Virus record (IMG/VR): IMGVR_UViG_3300019487_000024
Span: 1-64,000 of that record
Length of the DNA stretch: 64,000 bases
Direction: 5' to 3' (one strand)
DNA from: a virus
In this document: piece by piece, positions 37,116-46,982 of the stretch
Position numbering within the stretch: the first letter of the stretch is position 1
How the letters are laid out: each line of letters starts with the position of its first letter
The notes under the pieces: model-generated
What the model saw: only the letters and a program-made list of their open reading frames with translations
What the model was told of the DNA's origin: nothing
Database searches by the model: none
Translations under genes and position numbers: made by a program

Positions 37116-37788
37116 GAAACTTGAAAAATCAAAAATCAAAAAATTGTATCAGGAAGAAAAAATGGATACGGCTGAGATTGCTAATTTACTAAACGTGAGT
37201 CAAAAAACGGTATGGTATTTCATGGTTAAAAATGGAATACCCAGAAGAAACAAAAAACAAACGGGAGCAAGCGATCTTATTGGTAAACAAATCGGAGAGT
37301 TATTTGTTATTCGTCGAGCCGAAGAAGTAGAAACAAACCAAGGAACAATGTGGGAATGCAAATGTTCGTGTGGAAATACAAAGATAATTCGAGGAAGTAG
37401 TTTGACAACGAAAAACGCAACCTCATGTGGATGTAAATGGAGGCGAGCGTCCTATGAAGAAATATCGGGGAGTTACTGGTGGGGGTTAAAGCGAAATGCC
37501 CAAAAGCGAAAGTTTGCGTTTGAAGTGACGCAACAAGAAATGTGGGAGTTGTTCTTAAAACAAAACAGACAATGTGCGTTGAGTGATGCTGAAATAGGGT
37601 TTGGAAAAGGGTTGAATAGAAATGGGCAAACGGCATCATTAGACAGGATCGATTCTTCTAAAGGTTATGTCATTGGAAATGTAAGATGGGTTCATAAAAC
37701 GGTCAATCAAATGAAGTGGGATTTGTCTGACGAATCCTTTTTTCAATGGGTTCATAGAGTTGCTATGAAGTATGATATTGGAAGATAA
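37114..37788 (+). mobile_element. HNH-type homing endonuclease with N-terminal HTH
   Basis: EIANLLNVSQKTV; WECKCSCG..SCGC; ASLDRIDSSKGY..GNVRWVHK.VN.MK (paralog of 31980). Confidence 0.85.
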
Positions 37789-37804
37789 AGTCAACTTTTT
37801 ATAT
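37787..37804. repeat. 18-bp direct repeat, right copy
   Basis: AAAGTCAACTTTTTATAT, overlapping the HNH stop codon. Confidence 0.9.
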
Positions 37805-37847
37805 CGAAAAACTTAAACCCGCAGTATCCCGTTTTCGATATTATAAG

Positions 37848-37876
37848 TTTACACTCGGAACAAAATGAAGTAGGAT
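37848..37876 (+). promoter_or_regulatory. sigma70-type promoter for the helicase
   Basis: TTTACA-N17-TAGGAT. Confidence 0.5.
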
Positions 37877-37903
37877 ACTGCACAACAAAACGAAGAAAAG
37901 AAT

Positions 37904-39310
37904 ATGGAAAATGGTCAAAACGAAGTGAACACACTAAAGAAGTTTGGAAACGTGTTCCAAGCCAAATGCATCGCAATCCTCATATCAGACAGAGCTTTCC
38001 TTGAACGAATTTCGGACATTATCTCACCTGAATACTTTGAAACTGATGCCCACAAGTGGATCATCAAATTGATTGCTGAATACTTTCCTCAGTATCGTGA
38101 AATTCCTACGATGGAAGTGTTCAAGGTTGAGATTCAAGGAATTCCCGACGAGGTTTTGAAGGCGGCAGTCTTTGAGCAAGTCAAGTCTGCTTACAAACAT
38201 GTTTCCTCTACCGACACTGAATACGTTAAGGAAACTTTCTTGGAATTCTGCCGTAACCAAAAATTGAAGAACGCAATTTGGGACGCACATGAATACTTGA
38301 AGCAAGGTGATTACGACAACATTTGGAACGTAATCAATGAAGCATCCCGTGCCGGTATTGAGAGAAATCTCGGTCACAATTACTTTGATGACATTGAATC
38401 CCGTCACACGGCTGCGGCTCGTGACACCATCAAGACGAATTGGACAATCATTGACACACACTTGGATGGTGGTCTTGGAAAGGGTGAACTTGGATTTATC
38501 GTTGCCCCCGCAGGTAGCGGAAAGTCTTGGTTGCTTGCTCGTCTCGGTGCCGAGGCGATGAAGCAGGGCAAAAACGTGATGCATATCACTTTGGAGTTGA
38601 ACGAAAAGTATGTCGGTCTTCGTTATGACGCCATTTTCTCTGGCATTGCATTCCAAGAAGTCCGAAAGAACGCTGATGTTGTCAAGAAACACATTGATGA
38701 CATGAAGGCTCAGGGTGGTGGAAAGCTCTTCATTAAGTATTTCCCGATCAAGACCGCTTCTTCGGCAACAATCAAGATGCACATTGATCGTCTCCAATTG
38801 ATTACGGGGACAAAAATTGATTTGTTGGTCGTTGACTATGCCGATTTGCTACGTCCATTTGCCGCAGACAAAAACAGCAATTCTTACACTGAAGCAGGCG
38901 GCGTTTACGAAGAACTCCGTGGTGTATTGGGCGAACTTCAAATCCCCGGATGGACTGCTTCTCAATCAAATCGTGGTGCCCACGAAGAGGAAATCATTGA
39001 GGCACATAACGTCGCCGACAGTTATCGCAAGATCATGACAGGTGATTTCATCATGTCGTTGTCCCGAAAGATGGAGGACAAGCTTGCGGGGACTGGACGC
39101 ATCCACGTTATGAAGAACCGCTTCGGTGCTGATGGTATTACTTACGTCTGTGAGTTTGATACGTCTTGTGGAAAGATCAACATCTTTGATTCAAAGTCCG
39201 TTGAAGGAATGGAGATTTTGAGCAAAGCGAAATCCGAACAAGAAAACATCAAAGACATTCTCAAGAAGCGTTGGAAAGAAACGCATGGGAATGAAGATTC
39301 GTCAGAGTAA
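37904..39310 (+). CDS. Replicative DnaB/gp41-like helicase
   Basis: APAGSGKS, TLEL, VVDYADLL, WTASQSNR, VADSY.K, KNRFG. Confidence 0.92.
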   Translation: MENGQNEVNTLKKFGNVFQAKCIAILISDRAFLERISDIISPEYFETDAHKWIIKLIAEYFPQYREIPTMEVFKVEIQGIPDEVLKAAVFEQVKSAYKHVSSTDTEYVKETFLEFCRNQKLKNAIWDAHEYLKQGDYDNIWNVINEASRAGIERNLGHNYFDDIESRHTAAARDTIKTNWTIIDTHLDGGLGKGELGFIVAPAGSGKSWLLARLGAEAMKQGKNVMHITLELNEKYVGLRYDAIFSGIAFQEVRKNADVVKKHIDDMKAQGGGKLFIKYFPIKTASSATIKMHIDRLQLITGTKIDLLVVDYADLLRPFAADKNSNSYTEAGGVYEELRGVLGELQIPGWTASQSNRGAHEEEIIEAHNVADSYRKIMTGDFIMSLSRKMEDKLAGTGRIHVMKNRFGADGITYVCEFDTSCGKINIFDSKSVEGMEILSKAKSEQENIKDILKKRWKETHGNEDSSE

Positions 39311-39426
39311 GTACAAACTTCTCAATTCATAAATCTGTCGGACAGGAAATTTTCATTCCTGTTCGAGATTAGAAATATCTACTTATACCTACGGCAAAAA
39401 CAGGCAGCGAAAGAATTTTGGTAATT

Positions 39427-42051
39427 ATGGAAACAAACCCGACACGTTTTGAAGATGTCAAAAAATTAACCACTGAAGAATACTTTCAAGGAAACGATTT
39501 CAGTGTTGATGCATTTCACAAGAAGTACTCACTTACTCCAACTGAAACTTACGTACATGCGGTCAAACGTGTGTGTGATTTCATCGCTTCGGTAGAAAAG
39601 ACAGAAGAGCTTCGTCAGTATTGGAGTGCAAGGTGGTTTGACGAAATCTTCAATGATTGGTGGCATCCCGCTGGCTCAATCATGCAAGGAGCGGGTTCTG
39701 GACGAAAAATTTCTCTCGCAAATTGCACTACGATTTCTCTTGGTGCTCGTCGTGAAGACGAAGAGTGGGACAGTCTTGAGTCCATTATCAAAAACGCCTC
39801 ATATACGATTGCAAAGTGTGCCGCCTATCGTCAAGGGTTGGGGGTTGACTTCTCACGATTACGACCCAACGGAACTCAAGTATTGAACAGTGCCAATCAG
39901 AGTACCGGAGCGGTTCATTGGATGCAATTCCAAGACAAGATTGGATACTTCGTGGGACAAAAGGGACGTATTCCTGCCATGTTATTTAGTATCTCATGCG
40001 ATCACCCTGACGTTGAGGAGTTTATCCAAGTCAAGGGTGATTACACCAAGATTCAAAACGCCAACATCAGCGTGCAATGTTCGGAAAAGTTCTACAAGGC
40101 GGTGGAAAATGATGCTGATTGGGAATTGTATTTTGAAATCCCTGCCATCAAACAAGGCGACAAAATCTACGTTGACGTTCACAGCGTTGACATGAATTGC
40201 ACCAAGGAGAAAGAGACTGGTCGTTATTATAAGGTAGCCACACATGATCGCAAGAAAGAGGCATTTACGAAGACCGTGAAGGCTCGTAAGCTCATGGAAT
40301 TGATTGCGAAGAACATGCATACCAACGCCGAGCCGGGAATTCAGAACATTGACATTGCTCGTAAGTACAGCAATAGTGATGCTTTGTACGACCCGAATGA
40401 CGAATACGATTCTCGCATTCTTTCTACCAATGCTTGCTCCGAGCAATATCTTTCTCGTGAATCTCTTTGCGTTCTAGCCTCCATCAACTGTGGCAAGTTT
40501 TCCCCAAATGTTGAGACTTACATTCATCAACTTGAAAAGATTTCCAAGTCGGTTAACCGATTCTTGGACAACGTTAACGAATGTGAATTGGCATATCAAA
40601 CTTTCGCCACACCCCATCAAGAGTTGGCAATTCGTAAACTCCGTCGCACTGGAGCAGGTTTAACTAATATAGCTGCATGGTTGTTTCGTCAGAAGCTTTC
40701 GTATGGAAGCAAAGATGCCAACGATGCGACTGAAGAGTTCACCAAATGGTATAACTACTGGCTCTATGTTTCTACAGAAGAGCTTGGTAAAGAAAAGGGA
40801 GACTTCGGTCTATTCAACAAAGAGAAGTGGCAGAATGCTCCGTTTGTTTCTCGTATCATGAAGGAGTCTGAGAAGCTTCACGCCGCTCATGGTGTTCCCG
40901 TCCTGAAAGGAACCCATGCTCGAAATGTGACCGTCAGTTCTATTGCTCCAACCGGCACCTTGTCGTTGATGTTCAGGGACTTTGTGTTTAGCTATGGAAT
41001 TGAACCTGCGTTCTTTCTCTATTACTGGAAACGCACTCGTATGGCAGGAAAGTATGAGTATTACTTCTGTGTCCCACGAGTTGTCCGTGAAATGTTTGAA
41101 GAAGCGGGACACCCGATTCCAATCGCATCAGATACCATGCGTGATGATTGGGATGGAAGGAATGGCAGACCAATTGCTGCGTTCATCGATCAACACAAGG
41201 CAAAGTTCAATTTCAAAGACTCAACCGAAATTGATCCGCTCCGCAAGCTTGAGCTTATGTCTCAGGTCATGAAGTGGGTGGACAGTTCCATTTCAGTCAC
41301 TTACATGTTGCCAATTGGCTCTTCGTGGAAGGACGTTTACAACTTCATCATGGAAGCACATCGCAAGGAAGTGAAGAGCATCGCCGCATTCCCCGACAAG
41401 AAAATGTATGGAATTGTCTCCAGCCTGTCTTTCAAAGACTTGGCATTCAAGTTGAAGGATGAAGGCGTCTCCATTCATCATCAAAATTTCTCGGACGATG
41501 AATTGAAGGTGTTGAACCTTTCTCGTGAAAGCATTGAGCCGCACTCACATTCTATTCCAAAGCGTCTTACCACGTTGGACGCAGACATTTACGTTGTGTC
41601 CGTCAAGGGAGAAAAGTATTGCGTTGTCGTTGGATTACAAAACGGACAGCCGTACGAAATTTTTGGCGGACATTTGAATGGGTTTGGATTTAAGTTCACT
41701 CATAAGAAAGGCAAAATCATCAAGATCAAGCAAGGACAGTATTCCTTGGAGTTTGATGATATTGCTATTGAAGACTTCTCCAAGCAATTCACTCCGACCG
41801 AACAAATTCTATTCCGAATGGCATCAATGTCATTGCGGCATGGTGTTCCAATTCAATTCGTTGTGGAACAACTTCAAAAAGCAACCAACGACATTACAAG
41901 CATGGCATCCGCTGCGTCACGCTGTCTGAAAAAGTATATTCAAGACGGCACTAAGATTACAAGTCAGAAATGCCCAAGTTGCGGAAAAGAGCTTGTTTAC
42001 ATTGAAGGATGCTCTACCTGTACCTCATGCGGACATAGTAAATGTAGTTGA
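39427..42051 (+). CDS. nrdJ: Class II (B12-dependent) ribonucleotide reductase
   Basis: SLANC, GLGVDFS.LRP, NANISV, TNACSE, IAPTGTLS, GIEP; C-terminal TSCPD-like domain and Zn ribbon (CPSC..EGC..C..CG.SKC). Confidence 0.88.
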   Translation: METNPTRFEDVKKLTTEEYFQGNDFSVDAFHKKYSLTPTETYVHAVKRVCDFIASVEKTEELRQYWSARWFDEIFNDWWHPAGSIMQGAGSGRKISLANCTTISLGARREDEEWDSLESIIKNASYTIAKCAAYRQGLGVDFSRLRPNGTQVLNSANQSTGAVHWMQFQDKIGYFVGQKGRIPAMLFSISCDHPDVEEFIQVKGDYTKIQNANISVQCSEKFYKAVENDADWELYFEIPAIKQGDKIYVDVHSVDMNCTKEKETGRYYKVATHDRKKEAFTKTVKARKLMELIAKNMHTNAEPGIQNIDIARKYSNSDALYDPNDEYDSRILSTNACSEQYLSRESLCVLASINCGKFSPNVETYIHQLEKISKSVNRFLDNVNECELAYQTFATPHQELAIRKLRRTGAGLTNIAAWLFRQKLSYGSKDANDATEEFTKWYNYWLYVSTEELGKEKGDFGLFNKEKWQNAPFVSRIMKESEKLHAAHGVPVLKGTHARNVTVSSIAPTGTLSLMFRDFVFSYGIEPAFFLYYWKRTRMAGKYEYYFCVPRVVREMFEEAGHPIPIASDTMRDDWDGRNGRPIAAFIDQHKAKFNFKDSTEIDPLRKLELMSQVMKWVDSSISVTYMLPIGSSWKDVYNFIMEAHRKEVKSIAAFPDKKMYGIVSSLSFKDLAFKLKDEGVSIHHQNFSDDELKVLNLSRESIEPHSHSIPKRLTTLDADIYVVSVKGEKYCVVVGLQNGQPYEIFGGHLNGFGFKFTHKKGKIIKIKQGQYSLEFDDIAIEDFSKQFTPTEQILFRMASMSLRHGVPIQFVVEQLQKATNDITSMASAASRCLKKYIQDGTKITSQKCPSCGKELVYIEGCSTCTSCGHSKCS

Positions 42052-42122
42052 GAGTGAACTTTTTTTAAGTTTACTTATCTCATTTTATATTTATTGGCAT
42101 AACACTGCGTTCGTGTATTGCT

Positions 42123-42512
42123 ATGTTTGATTTAAGTATAATCATTACGGTCGTCCCACCCATTGTCACGGGCATTTTTGCCTATCTAGTTGCCCGCAAG
42201 AAAAACATTGTGGCTGAACGGATTAGCCGTGCTAAGGTTGATGCCGATGTCCAGACACAAGCCTTGGTTATTGTCCGACAAGTCATGAATGACATGCGGG
42301 ACGATTTCCATCGTGAGATGGCGGTTATGAGAACCGAGAATGAGAAACTCAGATCAGAGATTGAGGAGAACAAGTCCCGTCTTCAATCGCTCCAAGAACA
42401 GTTGTTGGCAAGTGACGAACTCATAGAAACGCTCAAATCCGAATTGTCAACCCTCAAAAAAACCTTGGCTTTGTACGAGGAAGAAATTGAACGGTTGCGA
42501 AAGGGAAGCTGA
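42123..42512 (+). CDS. N-terminal TM plus coiled-coil protein (holin/spanin-like?)
   Basis: Hydrophobic N-terminus followed by a long heptad region; TATTTATT upstream (42088). Confidence 0.55.
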   Translation: MFDLSIIITVVPPIVTGIFAYLVARKKNIVAERISRAKVDADVQTQALVIVRQVMNDMRDDFHREMAVMRTENEKLRSEIEENKSRLQSLQEQLLASDELIETLKSELSTLKKTLALYEEEIERLRKGS

Positions 42513-42519
42513 AACAACT

Positions 42520-42834
42520 ATGACTGGTTTACTGATGAAAAAGTATCATATTGCCATTTTGGATAACGATGATGGGTTTGTTACAAAAGTGGTGGGAGCC
42601 TTAAAGCTGTGGTACAGTAACAAAATTGTGATTCAAACATACCGAGATACTCACTCCATGTTTGAAGCCGTAAGTCTTAACAAAGCCAAGAATAAGCCCT
42701 TTGATATGGCTGTGGTCAGCCCCGAACAAATGGCAGAGAGATTGATTCTTCAACGAGCCAATCCCGCTCTAAAAGTGGTCTGTTGTGAAGACGAACAAAC
42801 TCTCAAAGCAGCAACCGCAAAGGTCTTGTTATAA
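42520..42834 (+). CDS. Stand-alone response-regulator receiver-like protein
   Basis: IAILDND, PFDMAVV, P..KVV pattern of a CheY-like fold. Confidence 0.5.
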   Translation: MTGLLMKKYHIAILDNDDGFVTKVVGALKLWYSNKIVIQTYRDTHSMFEAVSLNKAKNKPFDMAVVSPEQMAERLILQRANPALKVVCCEDEQTLKAATAKVLL

Positions 42835-42892
42835 AATCACTTTTCCTTCATCGAAGCCATATTTATAAGGGTAGCGATTTATAAATACGTCT

Positions 42893-43621
42893 ATGAACCC
42901 AGAAAATTTCCAAGGTCTGATTCGCCGCATTCTCAAAGAAGAAGTTGAGAAGCGTAGCGATACCAACAAGCCAACATATAGTCGTGTCCCCGAAGTGGTT
43001 CATGGCGAAGATTACCAGAAGAAAAAAATTTCTCCGCAGCCACGGGACACTATGACCAAGCAGGAGATGCTTGAGGACATGGACAAGGTAGTCAAAGCAA
43101 TCAACAAGGAGTACATGGTCGTATGGGATGACCATGACGACATGTCAATTCATGCCAAAGACTTGTTCACGATTCGCATCATCCCCAAGTGGGAAAACAA
43201 TTTCTGCATTGAAGCAATGACCCGCAACGAAGATCGCATTTTCATCACTGGACAAAATTGGGATCAAGTCAAGGAATTCGTCAAGGTCAACTTGAAGGAT
43301 GACAAGACTTCTCAAGAGATTGCTTACAACAAAGCCATTGCAAATGTCACTGGCAAGAATGACACCACTTCAAAAGCTGACAAGGATTTACCTCAGAAAG
43401 ACAAACCAAAAACTTTACCGCTTACCAACGAACCTCCAAAGAAGGACAAGAACAAAGACAAGGATTACACGGAAGACTCGGTTAAGAAGGACGATGATTT
43501 GCCTGAGAAACCAATGAAGGAAGTTAAGGATTTCGAGAAACAAATTGATCACAAAGTTAAAGACCCGGTTAAGCTTCGCCGTCGCAACCCCGACACCAAG
43601 TTGACAATTAAGCAGTCTTGA
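42893..43621 (+). CDS. Lys/Asp-rich putative head-internal protein
   Basis: LIRRILKEE N-terminus; TATTTATA at 42860. Confidence 0.6.
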   Translation: MNPENFQGLIRRILKEEVEKRSDTNKPTYSRVPEVVHGEDYQKKKISPQPRDTMTKQEMLEDMDKVVKAINKEYMVVWDDHDDMSIHAKDLFTIRIIPKWENNFCIEAMTRNEDRIFITGQNWDQVKEFVKVNLKDDKTSQEIAYNKAIANVTGKNDTTSKADKDLPQKDKPKTLPLTNEPPKKDKNKDKDYTEDSVKKDDDLPEKPMKEVKDFEKQIDHKVKDPVKLRRRNPDTKLTIKQS

Positions 43622-43639
43622 TTTTGATTTTCTCCACTG

Positions 43640-43667
43640 AAGGCGAGACGCAAGTCTCGCCTTTTTT
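43640..43667 (+). terminator. Rho-independent terminator
   Basis: AAGGCGAGAC-GCAA-GTCTCGCCTTTTTT. Confidence 0.88.
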
Positions 43668-43668
43668 A

Positions 43669-43697
43669 TTGACTTTGGACGGCACATGTGCCATAAT
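43669..43697 (+). promoter_or_regulatory. sigma70-type promoter
   Basis: TTGACT-N17-CATAAT, 6 nt before ATG 43704. Confidence 0.65.
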
Positions 43698-43703
43698 GCT
43701 AGA

Positions 43704-44606
43704 ATGATCAACATGGACTTTTCCAAGGCTTCCGACCTTAAACCCAAAGAGCTAATCATTAGCGATTTGAAGTGGAAGTACCTTGTCCGAGCAGTGATGC
43801 GTGCCAAGAACATCATGATTATTGGACCTTCTGGCTGTGCAAAAACGATGGCGGCAAGGTGTGTGGCAACGGCTCTCAAACGTCCCTTTCAGAAGTTCAA
43901 CATCGGTTCTACACAAGATGCCCGTGCAACTTTGATTGGCAACACGACCTACAACAAGGAGTCGGGCACCGTGTTTCATAAATCGGGGTTTGTTAAAGCA
44001 ATCACTACTCCAAACACTATCGTTCTTCTTGACGAATTAACCCGTGGAACACACGACGCATGGAACATTCTCATGCCGGTTACTGATCCCACACAGCGTT
44101 GTCTTCAATTAGACGAAGACGAAAATAGCACAGTAGTCAATGTTGCTGAAGGAGTATCGTTTATCGCCACAGCCAATATCGGCAATGAGTACACGGGAAC
44201 CAAGGTGCTAGACAAAGCAAATTCTCGTCGGTTTCCAGTCAAACTTGAAATGAATCCATTGGAGCCAGACGAATTGAAAAATCTCTTTGGTATTCTTTTT
44301 AAGGATGCCACAAGTCAACACAAAGCAACGATGAATGTTCTCGTTGAGATTTATGACGACATCATCAAGCAGTGTCAGTTAGAAGATGCGTCAATTTCTA
44401 CGATTATCCCACCAGCCAACATGGTGGAAATGGCTGAACTTGTCATGGATAATTTTGACCTTGAAGAAATCGCAGAAGCGGCTATTTATCCCGAATATGG
44501 CGATGAAGGAGGGGCAGATAGCGAACGAGCGTTCGTCAAATCCATCTTGCAGAAATACTTTCCGAAAGATGTAAAGAGTCCAATCAAAGACCCTCGCCGA
44601 AAGTAA
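43704..44606 (+). CDS. MoxR/CbbQ-like AAA+ ATPase
   Basis: Walker A variant GPSGCAKT, LIG, Walker B VLLDEL.R, ATAN.G..Y.G...LD.A..RRF. Confidence 0.88.
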   Translation: MINMDFSKASDLKPKELIISDLKWKYLVRAVMRAKNIMIIGPSGCAKTMAARCVATALKRPFQKFNIGSTQDARATLIGNTTYNKESGTVFHKSGFVKAITTPNTIVLLDELTRGTHDAWNILMPVTDPTQRCLQLDEDENSTVVNVAEGVSFIATANIGNEYTGTKVLDKANSRRFPVKLEMNPLEPDELKNLFGILFKDATSQHKATMNVLVEIYDDIIKQCQLEDASISTIIPPANMVEMAELVMDNFDLEEIAEAAIYPEYGDEGGADSERAFVKSILQKYFPKDVKSPIKDPRRK

Positions 44607-46913
44607 ATGAGCAAAGGTATATCACCAGCCGAAGCTGACTTCTGGTTGGATACTGATAAGTATGCCAACTTCTTTGAAGAGCAACTAGACCCAAATAAGG
44701 GTCTGGTCTTCAGCATAGATATGGTTCGCCTTTCATCCATCAGAAAGGCAATCTCCAACTTTGTTCGCATTCTCACCCGCAAAAACATCCCGGTCTATTT
44801 CAATGACATGGACGCCAACGTCAACTTTGGTGGGAAGATCATCTATATCTCGGCGAAGATATTGAACAAGCAGGACTTTGATGTAGCAGTTGGACAAGCA
44901 CTCCACGAAGCTGCCCACACCCTCAAGACCGATTTTGATACCGTAAAGCTGGCATGGACCAATATCCCACACAAGATATTTCAACTGTCCGACTCAAAAG
45001 GAATCCGCCGTGCATCATTGGAGAAATTCATTCACACCACTTGGAACGTCATTGAAGACCGCTACATTGATGACTACGTGTTCAATTCGGCACCGGGCTA
45101 CCGTGGATACTATGTCTCGCTCTATGACCGATTTTGGCACTGTCCAGAAGTAGATGAAAATCTCTTGAGTGATAAGTTTAGGTATCCTAGCTTGGATTCC
45201 TACATGTTCCGAATCATCAACTTCACCAATGATAACACGGATTTGCTTGCTCTTCCACGCTTGGATGAAATTGCCGACGTGATTGACATTGAGAACATAA
45301 GCCGATTAAAGACAACTCAAGACCGAGTTAAGACGGCGTTTGAAGTTGTTGAGATTGTCTTGAACTGTCTTGACGTAAATCCACCACAAGCAGGAAAAGG
45401 AACTCCAAACAAAGGAAAGGGAAAGAACCTTGCTCGCCCCGAAGATTTTTTCGACTTTGATGGTGAAGAAGGCGAAGGAGACCCCCAAGAGTCCGATGGT
45501 TCTGGCAAAGAGTCCACCCCATCCGAAAGTCCACAAGAGGAAAAGGAAGTGGGGAATAATCCGAAGGATGAATCAAAGGATGTTGATGTTGGAAAGCAAA
45601 TGGTAGAGGAAATTTCCGACGTAATGAGCGGGCGTGACCAGACACCGGAGATTCTCAAGGAGAACAAAGATGTCGTGAATAAGGTGTCCGAGGACGAGCT
45701 TTCCGATGGAGAAGTCAAAGAAATCAAGAACATGGTTGAACAGCAGAGGAAGTTTCTGCTTGGGGAATTGCCGAAGGAAGTCGTTACGCCAGAACAGAAA
45801 CAGCTACTTGACTTAATTGAAAAGCATGGCATATTACTCGTGAAAGTTGATGCACCCACTCTCCTAGCAGGAGATGACAAGAACTTGAAAGTGGATTGTA
45901 TTGTGGTTCAGAAGATGACCAAAGAACTCATATTGGCGGGACAAGAAGTATTCCCTCTCTGTGGAGTCATGAAGCTTGGAAATGAGACGCCCGACCCTCC
46001 CAAAGAAAACGCCGAAGCAGTCAAAAAGGGCATAGTGCTTGGCACCAAGCTCGGTAGAAAACTTCAAATCCGAAACGAAATCAATCCCACCAAGACAATC
46101 CGAAAGAAGTGGGGAAAGATTCATCGTCGTCAACTTCATGAAGCAGCATTTGATGCGGAGGATTTGTTTTACAAAATCACCATTGACGAACATCAGAAGG
46201 CAACCCTCCACATTACAGTTGACGCCAGCGGGTCTATGTCAAGAGGCAACAAGTGGACACAAACCATGATTGCCGTGGTTGCCATCTGCAAGGCGGCATC
46301 CATGATTGACAATGTTCACGTCACGGTTTCATTCCGGTCCACACAGAATGTTGGAATGACTTGTTTGCCGCATATCATTCTCGCCTACGATTCAAAGGTG
46401 GATAAGTTCTCCAAAGTCCGAAACTTGTTCCCATATCTCAGTCCCAACGGCTATACGCCAGAAGGATTGGCATTCAGTGCCATCATGAATCTGTTTGAGA
46501 ACATTACTCCCGACGAAACGGATCGTTATTTCCTCAATCTCTCCGATGGTGAGCCATGCTATGCTATCAAGGTCGCATCGACAGGAATGCACATTTCATA
46601 TCAAGATGAAGTGGGCGTAACCCATACCAAGGGGCAGGTAGATAAAATAAGACGCCACGGAATTGAAATCCTGAGTTACTTCATTGATGAAGATTATGAA
46701 GGTCCATTGGGCAAGGTAAATAAAGAAACAAAGCCCGCAGACATTGCCAAGGCTAAAGAAACTCAGAAGGAATTGGACGAAACGCCACTACGAAAAAACT
46801 TCCGCAAAATGTATGGTAAGAACGCACAATTCATCAATGTTGAAAGCATAGTTGACTTGGCTCGTACAATTAACCGACTTTTTTTAACAAAGCAAAATGA
46901 AAAAAGGACTTGA
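44607..46913 (+). CDS. Metallopeptidase-like plus VWA domain protein (CobT-like MoxR partner)
   Basis: HEAAH, NVIED.YI, acidic linker, MIDAS DASGSMS, TPEG, LSDGEP. Confidence 0.85.
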   Translation: MSKGISPAEADFWLDTDKYANFFEEQLDPNKGLVFSIDMVRLSSIRKAISNFVRILTRKNIPVYFNDMDANVNFGGKIIYISAKILNKQDFDVAVGQALHEAAHTLKTDFDTVKLAWTNIPHKIFQLSDSKGIRRASLEKFIHTTWNVIEDRYIDDYVFNSAPGYRGYYVSLYDRFWHCPEVDENLLSDKFRYPSLDSYMFRIINFTNDNTDLLALPRLDEIADVIDIENISRLKTTQDRVKTAFEVVEIVLNCLDVNPPQAGKGTPNKGKGKNLARPEDFFDFDGEEGEGDPQESDGSGKESTPSESPQEEKEVGNNPKDESKDVDVGKQMVEEISDVMSGRDQTPEILKENKDVVNKVSEDELSDGEVKEIKNMVEQQRKFLLGELPKEVVTPEQKQLLDLIEKHGILLVKVDAPTLLAGDDKNLKVDCIVVQKMTKELILAGQEVFPLCGVMKLGNETPDPPKENAEAVKKGIVLGTKLGRKLQIRNEINPTKTIRKKWGKIHRRQLHEAAFDAEDLFYKITIDEHQKATLHITVDASGSMSRGNKWTQTMIAVVAICKAASMIDNVHVTVSFRSTQNVGMTCLPHIILAYDSKVDKFSKVRNLFPYLSPNGYTPEGLAFSAIMNLFENITPDETDRYFLNLSDGEPCYAIKVASTGMHISYQDEVGVTHTKGQVDKIRRHGIEILSYFIDEDYEGPLGKVNKETKPADIAKAKETQKELDETPLRKNFRKMYGKNAQFINVESIVDLARTINRLFLTKQNEKRT

Positions 46914-46938
46914 CATTTTATACCAAATGGCGTATCCT
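46910..46938 (+). promoter_or_regulatory. sigma70-type promoter
   Basis: TTGACA-N17-TATCCT. Confidence 0.6.
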
Positions 46939-46982
46939 TGCCCTCGATTCACCAAGGAGTGATCTCACTTCCTAGTTAAATT

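Noticed and set aside
37904-42051. Inteins in the helicase or RNR
   Set aside because: Lengths are ordinary and no C...HN-C/S/T splice motifs or LAGLIDADG blocks are visible.
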